DNA of 39,378 nucleotides from positions 1 to 39,378 of the forward strand of contig JADDPM010000001.1 of the NCBI GenBank assembly GCA_016781885.1, in the 5' to 3' direction. The translations under genes and the position numbers were made by a program. Positions 25,091 to 35,094 of this stretch are shown piece after piece. Positions within the stretch are counted from its first letter, which is position 1; each line of letters begins with the position of its first letter. Under the pieces are notes generated by a model that saw only the letters and a program-made list of their open reading frames with translations, searched no databases and was not told where the DNA came from. Source of the DNA: Rubrobacter sp. (GTDB taxonomy: Bacteria > Actinomycetota > Rubrobacteria > Rubrobacterales > Rubrobacteraceae).

Positions 25091-26427
25091 AGACGCTCGT
25101 CTACGGCCTCGGAGAATCCGGCCTCGCCGCCTCGCACGCCCTCCTCGAAAAGGGCGAGGAGGTTGTCGTCGCCGACTCGAACGACTCAGAGCGTCTCAGA
25201 AGTAGCATCTCGAAACTAGGCGTCGAGGGACGTCTGGGGACCGGGCCGGAGATCCTGGCGGAGGACTTCGACCGGATCATCGCGAGCCCTGGCGTCCGGC
25301 CGCGCGACGCGGTGCTCGCCGCAGCCGAGGAAGCTGGGGTACCCATACTTTCCGAGGTCGCTCTGGGGCTGGATCTGCTCGGCCCAGAGCTCAGCGTCGC
25401 GGCGATAACCGGGACGAACGGGAAGACGACGGCGGTTGACATGCTGCGCGCCATCCTAGCCGTCTCCGAGGTCCCGCACGCCGTCGCCGGCAACTCCTGG
25501 CGTGCCCTGACCGGTTGTCTGGACGAAGTTCGCGACGCGGGCCTGCTCCTCCTGGAGGTCTCATCTTTCCAGCTTCACTACATGGAAAATCTAGGCTTCG
25601 GCGTGGCGGCACTGCTCAACATCCGCCCGGACCACCTCAATTGGCACGCCTCGTTCGAGGAGTATGCCACAGACAAGCTGCGCATCTTCGATGGCCAAGG
25701 GGCGGGGGATCTCGCGCTCGTAAGCGCAGCCGATCCTGTGGGGAGGGGTGCTGCCGGAAGGTTGGCAGCGGAGACGCTGGTCGTCGGGGAGGGGGAGACG
25801 GGCGTCGCGGGCGGCCGTTTGACGCTGCGAGGGAATGGTATCGCCGCCGTCGAGGAGTTGCCGTTCGTCGGGCCGCACAACTACGAGAACGCGCTCTTCG
25901 CGGCTGCGGCGGCGGAGAGGCTCGGGATCGGTTTGGATGGTATCCGGGAGGGGTTGCTAGGGTATCGGCTCAAGCCACACCGGATGCAGGTCGTGGCCGA
26001 GCGCGGAGGTGTGACCTACGTCGACGACTCCAAGGCGACCAACCCCGCGTCCGTCGCGGCGGCGCTAGCAAGCTTCGAGGGACCAGTGGTACTTATCCTC
26101 GGGGGCTCCGAGAAGGAGACGGACTTCGCCGAGGTGCTGCCGTACATGGAGCGCTGCCGGGCGGTGATCTCCCAGGGCGAGGCGGGTCCCAGGATCTGTG
26201 AATTCCTGGAGGAGAAGGGCGAGGGTATGGGCGTCTGCCTCTTCCTGGAGCCCGACCTCGCTGCGGCGGCAGCCAGGGCGAACAAAGTCGCCCATCCGGG
26301 GGACGTGGTGCTCCTTTCTCCCGGATGCGCGAGCTTCGATCAGTTCACCGGGTACGCCCTGAGAGGAGAGGCCTTCGCCGTGCTGGTCGCGGAGCTCGCG
26401 CGAGCAGGGGGCGGGGTCGGACGATGA
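25087..26427 (+). CDS. murD: UDP-MurNAc-L-Ala D-glutamate ligase
   Basis: GTG start overlaps the mraY stop; GLGESG, ITGTNGKTT, EVSSFQL, DDSKATN and LSPGCASFDQF motifs. Confidence 0.97.
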   Translation: MKTLVYGLGESGLAASHALLEKGEEVVVADSNDSERLRSSISKLGVEGRLGTGPEILAEDFDRIIASPGVRPRDAVLAAAEEAGVPILSEVALGLDLLGPELSVAAITGTNGKTTAVDMLRAILAVSEVPHAVAGNSWRALTGCLDEVRDAGLLLLEVSSFQLHYMENLGFGVAALLNIRPDHLNWHASFEEYATDKLRIFDGQGAGDLALVSAADPVGRGAAGRLAAETLVVGEGETGVAGGRLTLRGNGIAAVEELPFVGPHNYENALFAAAAAERLGIGLDGIREGLLGYRLKPHRMQVVAERGGVTYVDDSKATNPASVAAALASFEGPVVLILGGSEKETDFAEVLPYMERCRAVISQGEAGPRICEFLEEKGEGMGVCLFLEPDLAAAAARANKVAHPGDVVLLSPGCASFDQFTGYALRGEAFAVLVAELARAGGGVGR

Positions 26428-27599
26428 CGACGCTCCGGACCAACCTCTTCGTAGTGGCGCTGGCGCTCGCCCTGCTCGGGAACGTCATGGTCTACTCGGC
26501 GACCGCCAAGGAGTACGGGACGTACTACCTCGTGGTGCGCTTCGCCCACCTAGCGCTCGGGGTGGCAGCGTTCTTTATTGCGAGTAGAGTACGCTACACT
26601 TCCTGGCGCAGGCTCTCGCCCTATCTCTACGTAGCCGTTCTGGTAAGCCTCGTCTTCGTTCTCATACCGAGCATAGGGTTGGAGGTCTACGGGGCGAGGA
26701 GGTGGTTAGATCTCGGCCCGGTAAACTTCCAGCCGGCGGAGTTCGCGAAGCTAGCGGGGATCTTGTTGCTCTCCTGCGCCGTCGCCCGGGTGAGGCCGGG
26801 CTCCGGCCTGCCGCTCTGGCCGGTGCTCGCCGTGGGCCTGCTCTTCGTGCTCGTGCTCGTCGAGCCGGACTTTGGCACCTCGGTTGTAGTCGCGGCGGGC
26901 GCGGCCGGGGTCTTGTGGGCCTCGGAGCTCAGGACGAGCGACCTGCTGCTAGCAGGGGCGGCGGCGGTCGTGGCGCTCTTCGGGGCGATGTTCCTGGAGC
27001 CCTACCGGCGCGCCCGCTTCCTCACTTTCCTTGACCCGTGGAGCGTCTCGGATGGGTCGGGGTACCAGATCGTGCAGTCCATGGTCGCTATAAAGGCGGG
27101 CAGCATCTTCGGGGCCGGGGCAGGCGCGGGGGAGGGAGGCGTGGTCGTTCCCGAAGCGCAGACGGATATGATCTTCGCGCTTATCGGGGAGGAGCTCGGC
27201 CTGTTGGGGATGGTGCTCGTTATCGGAGCCTTCGGCTTCCTCGCGCTCGGGGGGTTCGCCATTGCACTGAACGCGCCCTCGATTATGGGCAGGTGCATGG
27301 CGGCCGGGATCGCGACGATGTTCGCCGTCCAGACGTCCTTCAACGTCGGGGCGGCGATGGGCGCCATCCCTCTGGCCGGGATAACCCTTCCCTTCGTAAG
27401 CTACGGCGGCTCCAGCGTGCTCGTTTGCTTCGCCGCCGTCGGGATCCTGTACCGAATATCGGAGGACGGTGAGATTGCGAGAGAGGCCAGACCCCGCGGG
27501 GTCACGACAGGCGGACGCGCAAAGCAGAGGCCCGCGAGTTCTGATCGCCGGCGGTGGAACGGGGGGGCACGCGATCCCCGCGCTGTGCGTGGCGGATAA
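26424..27599 (+). CDS. ftsW: SEDS peptidoglycan polymerase FtsW
   Basis: MVYSA, GARRW, QPAEFAK, EPDFGT, PEAQTD.IF..IGEE and PFVSYGGSS motifs; ATG at 26424. Confidence 0.96.
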   Translation: MTTLRTNLFVVALALALLGNVMVYSATAKEYGTYYLVVRFAHLALGVAAFFIASRVRYTSWRRLSPYLYVAVLVSLVFVLIPSIGLEVYGARRWLDLGPVNFQPAEFAKLAGILLLSCAVARVRPGSGLPLWPVLAVGLLFVLVLVEPDFGTSVVVAAGAAGVLWASELRTSDLLLAGAAAVVALFGAMFLEPYRRARFLTFLDPWSVSDGSGYQIVQSMVAIKAGSIFGAGAGAGEGGVVVPEAQTDMIFALIGEELGLLGMVLVIGAFGFLALGGFAIALNAPSIMGRCMAAGIATMFAVQTSFNVGAAMGAIPLAGITLPFVSYGGSSVLVCFAAVGILYRISEDGEIAREARPRGVTTGGRAKQRPASSDRRRWNGGARDPRAVRGG

Positions 27600-28611
27600 G
27601 CTGCGCGCTCGAGGCGCAGAAGTACGCTTCGTCGGCTCGACCGCCGGAATCGAAGCAACCCTGGTCCCGGAGGCGGGCTACCCTCTGCACGCCCTTCCAC
27701 TCGCCAGCCTCTCGGGCGGACCCGCCGCCCGCGCTCGCGCCAGCCTACTCCTACTCAAAGCTGTACTCAGGTGCCGCGCGATATTGAAAGAGCTCCGCCC
27801 CGGAGCGGTGCTCGGCGTCGGCGGCTACGCGAGCGCCCCGGCCGTCCTCGCGGCGAGCGCGCTGAAGATTCCGACCTTCCTGCATGAACAGAACTCCGTC
27901 CCTGGCAGGGTCAACCGCTTCGCGGCCCGGTTTACGCGAGGGGTCCTCGTAACCTTTCCGGCTGCCTCTGAACGCCTCCAGGACGCCGTCCCGGTCGGGA
28001 TGCCTACTCGCGAGGAGTTCTCGAGAACGTCCAAAGAGGAGGCGCTGAAGGGGCTCGATCTCGAGCCGCCGGTCGTGCTGGTCTTTGGCGGCAGCGGCGG
28101 CGCCTTGAAGCTGAACCTCGCCGCCGCCGAGGCGTTCGGGGACACAACGCCGTACTCGGTCTATCAGATCTCCGGCAGAAGGGACTTCGCCCGCCTCTCG
28201 ACCGATAACTCGCGGCACAGGATCGTGGCTTACGAGAACGAGCTCTGGTACCCGCTGGCCGCCGCGGACGTCGTGGTAACGCGGGCGGGGGCGGGTTCGC
28301 TCTTCGATGTGGCGGCGGTCGGGAGGGCGTCGATCATCGTCCCCTACCCTTATGCCACCGCCGATCACCAGCTCCACAACGCTCGCTACTTCACCGACAG
28401 GGACGCAGGCGAACTCCTCCTCGACGACGAGGTGACCGCCGGCACCATGCGGAACCGCGTCGAGGCCCTGCTCAAAGACGATGAGCGGCGGGGAAGGCTC
28501 GCGAAGAACATGCACGCCCTCGCGACGCTCGGAGCCGCGGACGAGGTCGCCGACCGGCTGCTTGAAGCGGCGAACGCTGTGGCGACGGAGACGAAAGGAA
28601 ACTCAAGATGA
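27469..28611 (+). CDS. murG: Lipid II GlcNAc transferase MurG (start GTG 27469 or TTG 27475)
   Basis: AGGGTGGH, GGYAS, HEQN, FGGS.G, RAGA and HQ..NA motifs. Confidence 0.97.
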   Translation: MRLRERPDPAGSRQADAQSRGPRVLIAGGGTGGHAIPALCVADKLRARGAEVRFVGSTAGIEATLVPEAGYPLHALPLASLSGGPAARARASLLLLKAVLRCRAILKELRPGAVLGVGGYASAPAVLAASALKIPTFLHEQNSVPGRVNRFAARFTRGVLVTFPAASERLQDAVPVGMPTREEFSRTSKEEALKGLDLEPPVVLVFGGSGGALKLNLAAAEAFGDTTPYSVYQISGRRDFARLSTDNSRHRIVAYENELWYPLAAADVVVTRAGAGSLFDVAAVGRASIIVPYPYATADHQLHNARYFTDRDAGELLLDDEVTAGTMRNRVEALLKDDERRGRLAKNMHALATLGAADEVADRLLEAANAVATETKGNSR

Positions 28612-29954
28612 AGATACATATGATCGGGATCGGCGGCGCTGGGATGAGCGGCATCGCCGAGATCTTGCACAAAAACGGGCATGAGGTTAGCGGCTCGGAC
28701 CTCAAGGAGTCGCCGTACACGAGGCGGCTGAAGGAGGCAGGCATAAAAATCTACGTCGGTCACGCCGCCAACCAGGTCGGGGGCGCGGAGCAGGTAGTGA
28801 TCTCGACCGCCATCCCCTCGACTAACCCGGAGCTTCTCGAAGCCCACCGCCGTTCGATCCCGGTGGTCCCCCGGGCAGCGGCCCTCTCCCGCATCCTCGC
28901 GGGCGGGCGGAGCGTCGCCGTTGCGGGTACCCACGGTAAGACCACGACCACGAGCATGACCACCCACGCCCTCAAGTCTCTGGGCGAGAACCCCACCGCC
29001 CTGATTGGCGGCGAGCTGAACGACATCGGGAGCAACGTAGTCGCCGGGGCTTCGGACCTCTTCGTCGCCGAGGCCGACGAGAGCGACCGCTCGCTCCTCT
29101 ACCTCGAACCGTCGGCCGCTGTCGTCACTAACGTCGAGTTCGACCACCCGGACTTCTACTCCTCCCTCGACGACGTCATCTCGACCTTTGAGAAGTTCGT
29201 CGCCGCCCTACTGCCCGATGGCCATCTAGTCACCTGCGCCGACGACGCGAACTGTCTTCGACTCGCCGCCCTCGCCTCCTGCCCGGTTACGACTTACGGT
29301 CTCGCTGGCGGGGATCTTCAGGCAAGGATTCTCTCCCCCAACTCCTACGTCCTTATGGAGGATGGCGAGGAGCGAGGCGTCGTGGAGCTGGGCGTCGCGG
29401 GGAGACACAACGTCCTGAACTCCCTGGCAGCGGCCGGGGTCGCTCGCTGGCTTGGCCATGACGCTTATGAAGCTGCCGCGAGCCTGAAGAGCTTCTCCGG
29501 CGTGAGACGACGCTTCCAGCTCAAAGGGGAGCGCGGCGAGATCCGCGTAGTCGACGACTACGCACACCACCCGACGGAGCTCTCGGCGACGCTGGAGGTG
29601 GCGCGGGGGACGAGGCAGCCGGAGGGTCGGGTAATAGCGGTCTTCCAACCGCACCGTTACTCGCGTACCCGCACCCTATACCGCGAGTTCGGCGAGGCAC
29701 TGACCGCGGCAGACGCTGTCCTCGTCATGGACGTCTACGGCGCGGGCGAGATGCCTCAGCCGGGGGTGAGTGGCAAGCTCATCGTTGACGCCGTCTGCGA
29801 GACCCACCCGCGCCCCGAGGTCTACTACATCCCAAATCAGCACGACATCTCTGGTGTACTGCGCATCATCGCCGAACCGAGGGATACCGTGCTGACTATG
29901 GGCGCCGGCGACGTCTCGCGGGTCGGCGACGAGCTGCTGGGGATGCTGGGATAG
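28608..29954 (+). CDS. murC: UDP-MurNAc L-alanine ligase
   Basis: GIGGAGMSG, GTHGKTTT, EADESD, DDYAHHP and FQPHRYSR motifs. Confidence 0.98.
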   Translation: MKIHMIGIGGAGMSGIAEILHKNGHEVSGSDLKESPYTRRLKEAGIKIYVGHAANQVGGAEQVVISTAIPSTNPELLEAHRRSIPVVPRAAALSRILAGGRSVAVAGTHGKTTTTSMTTHALKSLGENPTALIGGELNDIGSNVVAGASDLFVAEADESDRSLLYLEPSAAVVTNVEFDHPDFYSSLDDVISTFEKFVAALLPDGHLVTCADDANCLRLAALASCPVTTYGLAGGDLQARILSPNSYVLMEDGEERGVVELGVAGRHNVLNSLAAAGVARWLGHDAYEAAASLKSFSGVRRRFQLKGERGEIRVVDDYAHHPTELSATLEVARGTRQPEGRVIAVFQPHRYSRTRTLYREFGEALTAADAVLVMDVYGAGEMPQPGVSGKLIVDAVCETHPRPEVYYIPNQHDISGVLRIIAEPRDTVLTMGAGDVSRVGDELLGMLG

Positions 29955-29971
29955 GAGAAGGGCGGAACGAC

Positions 29972-30643
29972 TTGGAGCGGCTCTCCCCGCTAAACTTGAT
30001 CCGGGCCATAGGGATCTCCTTCGCCGTCGCCGCTCTGACCGCTCTGACCGCTCTCACCGCCTCCTACCTCCTCTTCCCCGTGGCCGGTGTAGAGGTTCGG
30101 GGCGCTCGCATGTTCCCCGAAAGGATAGCGTGGGAGGCCCTCCCGCGCTACGCAAGCCTTCCCTCCCTGAATACCGCAACCCTGGAGCGTGAGATAGAGG
30201 CTAATCTCTGGGTTAAAGGTGCGGAGGTGCTTAAAGATTGGGAGTCCGGTATAGTTACGGTTGAGGTTGAAGAACGCAGGGCCGTGCTCGACGCAGACCT
30301 GGGGGGCCGTAGGATCGTGCTGGCGGCGGATGGAACGGAGCTCCCGGGGTTCGGAGGGCCTGGTCTTACGCGGCTCAGGCTCGACGAGACGCAGTTGGAG
30401 GAGATCTTGGCGGTTGGCGAGGTGCTTGAGAGGAACGGGGTAGCGCTCGACTCGGTAGACGCGGTGGGTGCGGAGGGCATCGAGACGACCGCCGAGGGCT
30501 ACCGCGTACTCTTCGCAGGGGGTGTGGGGGACGGGCAGGCCAGGGTCCTGAAGGGTCTCATGGAAAAGCATCCCGAGGCAGCCTACTTCGATCTCCGCTC
30601 GCCGGATCGGGTCGTGGTCGGCCCCGAGAAGTCGGACGGTTAG
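29972..30643 (+). CDS. ftsQ: Cell division protein FtsQ/DivIB (short)
   Basis: TM helix, POTRA-like region (WVKGAEV...V.V.VEER) and C-terminal YFDLR; lies before ftsA. Confidence 0.8.
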   Translation: MERLSPLNLIRAIGISFAVAALTALTALTASYLLFPVAGVEVRGARMFPERIAWEALPRYASLPSLNTATLEREIEANLWVKGAEVLKDWESGIVTVEVEERRAVLDADLGGRRIVLAADGTELPGFGGPGLTRLRLDETQLEEILAVGEVLERNGVALDSVDAVGAEGIETTAEGYRVLFAGGVGDGQARVLKGLMEKHPEAAYFDLRSPDRVVVGPEKSDG

Positions 30644-30652
30644 CAGGTACCC

Positions 30653-31918
30653 GTGGCGTCGAAGCTGGTCTACGGGATCGACGTTGGCACTACGAAGGTG
30701 GTGGCCATAGTCGGCCGTGCTGACGGCCGCCGGGGATGGGCCGAGGTCTTGAGCCTGGGGGAGGCGCCTAGCCACGGCCTCAGGCGCGGCATGGTCGTGG
30801 ATCGGGAGGCTACGACCGAGTCGGTAACCGCCGCGATCGAGGAGTGCGGGGGGTTCCCGCGCGGCGTGCCGGTAAGCGTCGGCATCGCCGGCGGGCACAT
30901 CTCCTCCTTTAACACCGAGGTTACGCTCCTCAACCGGGCACGCAACCGGACCATCACGGGGCGGTTCCGCAAGCGGCTGGAGACCGAGGCCCGTCAGATG
31001 CATGTCGGGGAGGACGAAAAAGTCATACACGTTGTTCCGCGCTCCTTCGTCCTCGACGGCGCGGAGGGGGTCACGCAGCCCGTCGGGCTCGCCGCAAGGA
31101 AGGTGACGATGCGCGCGCATGTGGTCGCTGGCGCCATCTCCGGCATCCAGAACCTCCTCGGAGCGGTCGAGGACTGCGGCGTCAAGGTCTCGCAGGTCGT
31201 CCTGGAGCCGCTCGCCTCCAGCGATGCCTGCCTGCTTGACGAGGATCGCTCGATGGGCGTCGCCCTCATAGACATCGGAGGCGGCACGACGGACATCGCC
31301 AGCTTCCTGCGCGGCGCTCTCACGCACACGGACGTGATCCCCCTCGGCGGCGAGAGCTTCTCCGCCGACGTAGCCTACGGGCTAAAAATCCCCTTCGAGA
31401 CCGCCGACGCCCTCAAGCTCAGGTACGGAACCGTCCTCTCCCAAACCATCGATGACGTCGCCGCCGTAAAGCTCGAAGACAAGCACTATAACGCCCGGTT
31501 TATCAGTCAGATCCTCGAGTACCGTGCCTATGAGGTTCTGGAGTACGCTCGCGACTCTCTGGAGAAGGCCGGGGTCCGCAATCTCCTGCCCGGCGGGGCG
31601 GTCCTCACCGGCGGCGGCTCGCTGTTAGAGGGTATGGACGAGCTCGCCGAGAAGGTGCTGGGCATGCGGACCAGGATCGCTACACCTCGCCGTATAAAGG
31701 GGGACTCTGTACCTGTACGCAAGCCTCAGTATTCAACGGCTGTAGGTCTGTTATACTTCGCCGCGAAAAACGGTGACCCTGGACAAAAGAGTAAAGGTGC
31801 AAGGGCAACCAGTTTTGGTAGCATAGTATCGGCTGTCAAAGAGTGGTTCGGTTTCTTCGGGGAGGATGGCCCGGGGGGAGCCGTAAGGGGCAAGCCGGAG
31901 GCGGGCGGGAGAAGCTAA
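30653..31918 (+). CDS. ftsA: Cell division protein FtsA
   Basis: GIDVGTTKV, DIGGGTTD, LTGGGS and a C-terminal amphipathic helix (SIVSAVKEWF). Confidence 0.96.
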   Translation: MASKLVYGIDVGTTKVVAIVGRADGRRGWAEVLSLGEAPSHGLRRGMVVDREATTESVTAAIEECGGFPRGVPVSVGIAGGHISSFNTEVTLLNRARNRTITGRFRKRLETEARQMHVGEDEKVIHVVPRSFVLDGAEGVTQPVGLAARKVTMRAHVVAGAISGIQNLLGAVEDCGVKVSQVVLEPLASSDACLLDEDRSMGVALIDIGGGTTDIASFLRGALTHTDVIPLGGESFSADVAYGLKIPFETADALKLRYGTVLSQTIDDVAAVKLEDKHYNARFISQILEYRAYEVLEYARDSLEKAGVRNLLPGGAVLTGGGSLLEGMDELAEKVLGMRTRIATPRRIKGDSVPVRKPQYSTAVGLLYFAAKNGDPGQKSKGARATSFGSIVSAVKEWFGFFGEDGPGGAVRGKPEAGGRS

Positions 31919-31938
31919 GGACGAAGGGTTAGAAGAAT

Positions 31939-33009
31939 ATGTTGGATTCGGGTACGAACTATCTGGCGGTAATAAAAGTGGTCGGGATCGGCGGTGGGGG
32001 AACCAACGCGGTGAACCGGATGATCAACTCCGGGCTATCGGGGGTTGAGTTCATCTCGGTCAACACCGACGCGCAGGCGCTCCAGATGACCGACGCCGAC
32101 ATAAAGATCCACATCGGCGAGAAGCTGACGCGAGGGCTCGGGGCCGGGGCCGATCCGAAGGTCGGGATGGAGGCCGCCGAGGAGAGCAAGGCGGAGATCG
32201 AGGAGGCGATGAAGGGCGCTGACATGGTCTTCGTCACGGCGGGCAAGGGCGGCGGTACGGGCACGGGCGCGGCGCCGGTCGTCGCCAAGATCGCCCGGGA
32301 GAGCGGCGCTCTTACGGTCGGGGTGGTGACACGGCCGTTCGCGTTCGAAGGACGGCGGCGCTCGACTTACGCCGAGGAGGGGATCAAGCGCCTCAAGGAG
32401 AACGTAGACGCGCTCATCATCATCCCCAACGACAGGCTCTTGCAGGTGGCAGAGAAGCGCACGAGCATGATGGACGCCTTCAAGATGGCCGACGACGTGT
32501 TGCGCAAGGGCGTGCAGGGGATCACCGACCTCATCACGGTGCCGGGGCTCATCAACCTGGACTTCGCGGACGTACGCACGATCATGCAGAACTCGGGCTC
32601 GGCCTTGATGGGTATCGGGGAGTCGAGCAGCGAGAATAGGGGCCAGGAGGCGGCCAGGACGGCGATCTCGAGCCCATTGCTGGAGGCGAGCATCGAGGGT
32701 GCTACCGGGATCATCCTGAACATCACGGGTGGGCAGGACCTGGGGCTCTTCGAGGTGAACGAGGCTGCGGAGATCGTCCACAACGCTGCCCACCAGGACG
32801 CAAACCTGATCTTTGGGGCGGTGGTGGACGAGACATTCGGTGAGCGCGTGAGCGTCACGGTGATCGCCACGGGCTTTGACCAGCGGCTCGTCACGAGACG
32901 GCGCGACGAGCAGGCTGTTGCCAATGATTCTCCTACTCGCGAGGAGCCTCCTTCGCAGCAGCCCGAGGGCGACGTCCTGGACATCCCGGCCTTCCTCCGG
33001 CGCCGCTAG
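31939..33009 (+). CDS. ftsZ: Cell division protein FtsZ
   Basis: [22 protein letters not shown] and C-terminal [10 protein letters not shown]. Confidence 0.99.
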   Translation: MLDSGTNYLAVIKVVGIGGGGTNAVNRMINSGLSGVEFISVNTDAQALQMTDADIKIHIGEKLTRGLGAGADPKVGMEAAEESKAEIEEAMKGADMVFVTAGKGGGTGTGAAPVVAKIARESGALTVGVVTRPFAFEGRRRSTYAEEGIKRLKENVDALIIIPNDRLLQVAEKRTSMMDAFKMADDVLRKGVQGITDLITVPGLINLDFADVRTIMQNSGSALMGIGESSSENRGQEAARTAISSPLLEASIEGATGIILNITGGQDLGLFEVNEAAEIVHNAAHQDANLIFGAVVDETFGERVSVTVIATGFDQRLVTRRRDEQAVANDSPTREEPPSQQPEGDVLDIPAFLRRR

Positions 33010-33033
33010 GGCCGGGGCTTCTAACCCAGCTTC

Positions 33034-33768
33034 TTGCAGACTGTACCGTGGGAGGAGCACACCGGCGAGGCAGGCGGCGCGAGCTACATCGCGCCCGTAC
33101 CCGAGCCGGAAGTCGCCCGGATATGGTTCTTTACTCGCAAGGGCGGCTTTTCTGAGCCTCCATACGATAGCCTCAACGTCTCGACCCTCGTCGGCGACGA
33201 GCCCGAAGCGGTCACCAGGAACCTCTCGCGTATAAAGACCGTCATGGGGGAGAGACTCTCGGCCTGGGTGCGTCAGGTTGCGGGGGACGGTATCGTAAGG
33301 GTGAAGGGTCCAGGCTTCGCGGGCGAGGGCGACGCGCTCGTTGCAGGAGAGAGAGGTTTCGCGCTCGTCGTCGCGATCGCAGACTGCGTGCCGGTGGCGC
33401 TGGTGGGGGAGGGGATCGTGAGCATGGTGCACTCCGGGTGGCGCGGGACGTTGTCCGGTATCAGCGGCAAGGCCGCGCGCGGCATGGACGGGGAGGTGTG
33501 TGCTTATATAGGGCCGGGGATACGAGGCTGCTGCTACGAGGTTTCGGAGGAGCTAGCGGAGAGGTTCGCCGGGAGGTTCGGGGCGGGGGTCGTCTCCGGG
33601 CGGGACCTCTCGCTGCCGGAGGCGATCCGGCGGGATCTGAAGGAGGCCGGGGTGGGCGAGGTCCACGACCTCGGACTGTGTACGGGGTGCCGGCCGGACC
33701 TGTTCTACTCACACCGCAAAGAGGGGCCGAAGACCGGGCGCAACCTGGCGGCGGTGGCGCTGCGGTGA
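33034..33768 (+). CDS. pgeF: PgeF/YfiH (YlmD) family protein
   Basis: FTRKGG.S..PY.SLN, ADCVPV, HSGWRG, IGPGI..CCYEV and FYSHR motifs. Confidence 0.93.
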   Translation: MQTVPWEEHTGEAGGASYIAPVPEPEVARIWFFTRKGGFSEPPYDSLNVSTLVGDEPEAVTRNLSRIKTVMGERLSAWVRQVAGDGIVRVKGPGFAGEGDALVAGERGFALVVAIADCVPVALVGEGIVSMVHSGWRGTLSGISGKAARGMDGEVCAYIGPGIRGCCYEVSEELAERFAGRFGAGVVSGRDLSLPEAIRRDLKEAGVGEVHDLGLCTGCRPDLFYSHRKEGPKTGRNLAAVALR

Positions 33769-34487
33769 GCAGCAGCGTGAGGATGATGGAGGAGATCATC
33801 CGGGAGCGGCTGGGCGAGGTGAGGGAAAATATCACCGAGGCCCTCAAAAAGAGCGGGCGCGGTCCGGACGGGACTAGGATACTGATCGCCAGCAAGTACT
33901 ACTCGCCGGAGCAGATGGCGGTGCTTGGTAAGGCCGGGGTCGAGCTTTTAGGGGAGAACAAGGCCGAGGACCTGGTCTCGAAGCAGGAGAAGTTCGGGGA
34001 TGCGTTCGAGTGGCACTTTATCGGGCACGTGCAACGCCGCAAGGTGAGGGACATCGTCTCTCGCGTCGCCCTCATTCATTCGGTGGACTCGGTACGGCTT
34101 ATCGAGGAGTTGGCGAAACGCGCGCCGGAGGGAGGAGTTGAGGTCTTGCTCCAGGTCAACGTCAGCGGAGAGGAGTCCAAGTATGGGGTTGGGGAGGGCG
34201 AGGTCGAGCATTTGCTGGAGGCGGCGGCTCGGACCGGGGAGAGGGTGCGAGCTCGGGGGTTTATGACGCTGGCACCTGTAGTTGAAGAGCCGAAAGATGT
34301 GCGTTATGTTTTTGTAAAACTGCGGTCGATTCGTGATAGGCTACTCAGAGGATGGGGTTCCCAGTTCGACCTTTCGGAGCTTTCCATGGGTATGAGCAAC
34401 GACTACAGGGTCGCCGTGGAAGAAGGGGCCACCATTGTCAGGATCGGGCGGGCCATGATCGAGGAGACGGGAGAGGCCCGTTCGTGA
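33765..34487 (+). CDS. yggS: PLP homeostasis protein, YggS/YlmE family (start 33765 or 33783)
   Basis: ASKY, GEN, WHFIGH.Q, IHSVD, SMGMSND and VRIGR motifs. Confidence 0.95.
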   Translation: MSSSVRMMEEIIRERLGEVRENITEALKKSGRGPDGTRILIASKYYSPEQMAVLGKAGVELLGENKAEDLVSKQEKFGDAFEWHFIGHVQRRKVRDIVSRVALIHSVDSVRLIEELAKRAPEGGVEVLLQVNVSGEESKYGVGEGEVEHLLEAAARTGERVRARGFMTLAPVVEEPKDVRYVFVKLRSIRDRLLRGWGSQFDLSELSMGMSNDYRVAVEEGATIVRIGRAMIEETGEARS

Positions 34488-34496
34488 GGAGGCTGG

Positions 34497-35090
34497 ATGG
34501 GAGTTAGAGATCAACTCGACCGCGTTGCGGCTTGGTTCGGCTTCGGCGTCGACGAAGATGATTACTACGAAGACGATGAAGAGAGGCGATCCTCCCCTTA
34601 CGCGAAGGATCGCCATTCCCAAGGCCGCGACGTTGCGGAGGACGAGCCGGGTCCGGCGGTCCGCCGCCTCGGCCGCACGGAGCGCTCCTCAGCCTTCGGC
34701 ACCTCTCTTGGTGACCTCTTCGGCGGTGAGGCCTCCGGTAGCCGGGAGCGCTCCTATAGTGCTCAGGGCGGGCAGGGGCACTTGAGGGCCGTTCCAGACC
34801 AGAGGATGCCGCCGGCGCGGGTGAGCGTGGTTAACCCGGCGAGCTTCAACGACGCACAGGCCCTGGCTGACCGCTTCAAGCGCCAGCAGCCGGTGATACT
34901 GAACCTCCAGCAGGCGGATCAAGAACTCAGTCGTAGGATGGTGGACTTCTGCTCCGGGATGACCTACGCTCTAGACGGGCAGATACAAAGTGTCGCCAAC
35001 CGGGTGTTTCTATTGACGCCGCGCAACGTCGAGGTCTCCGCCGAGGAACGCAAACGGCTCGCCGAGAGGGCGTTCTTCAATCAGCTCTAG
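34497..35090 (+). CDS. sepF: Cell division protein SepF
   Basis: N-terminal amphipathic helix; core P.SF.DA...PVILNL, RRMVDFCSG and FLLTP. Confidence 0.96.
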   Translation: MGVRDQLDRVAAWFGFGVDEDDYYEDDEERRSSPYAKDRHSQGRDVAEDEPGPAVRRLGRTERSSAFGTSLGDLFGGEASGSRERSYSAQGGQGHLRAVPDQRMPPARVSVVNPASFNDAQALADRFKRQQPVILNLQQADQELSRRMVDFCSGMTYALDGQIQSVANRVFLLTPRNVEVSAEERKRLAERAFFNQL

Positions 35091-35094
35091 TTCC

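Noticed and set aside
29990-33432. Long antisense ORFs (445 aa and 465 aa) opposite ftsQ/ftsA/ftsZ, and other shadow ORFs
   Set aside because: Typical stop-poor antisense frames of high-GC genes; no motifs
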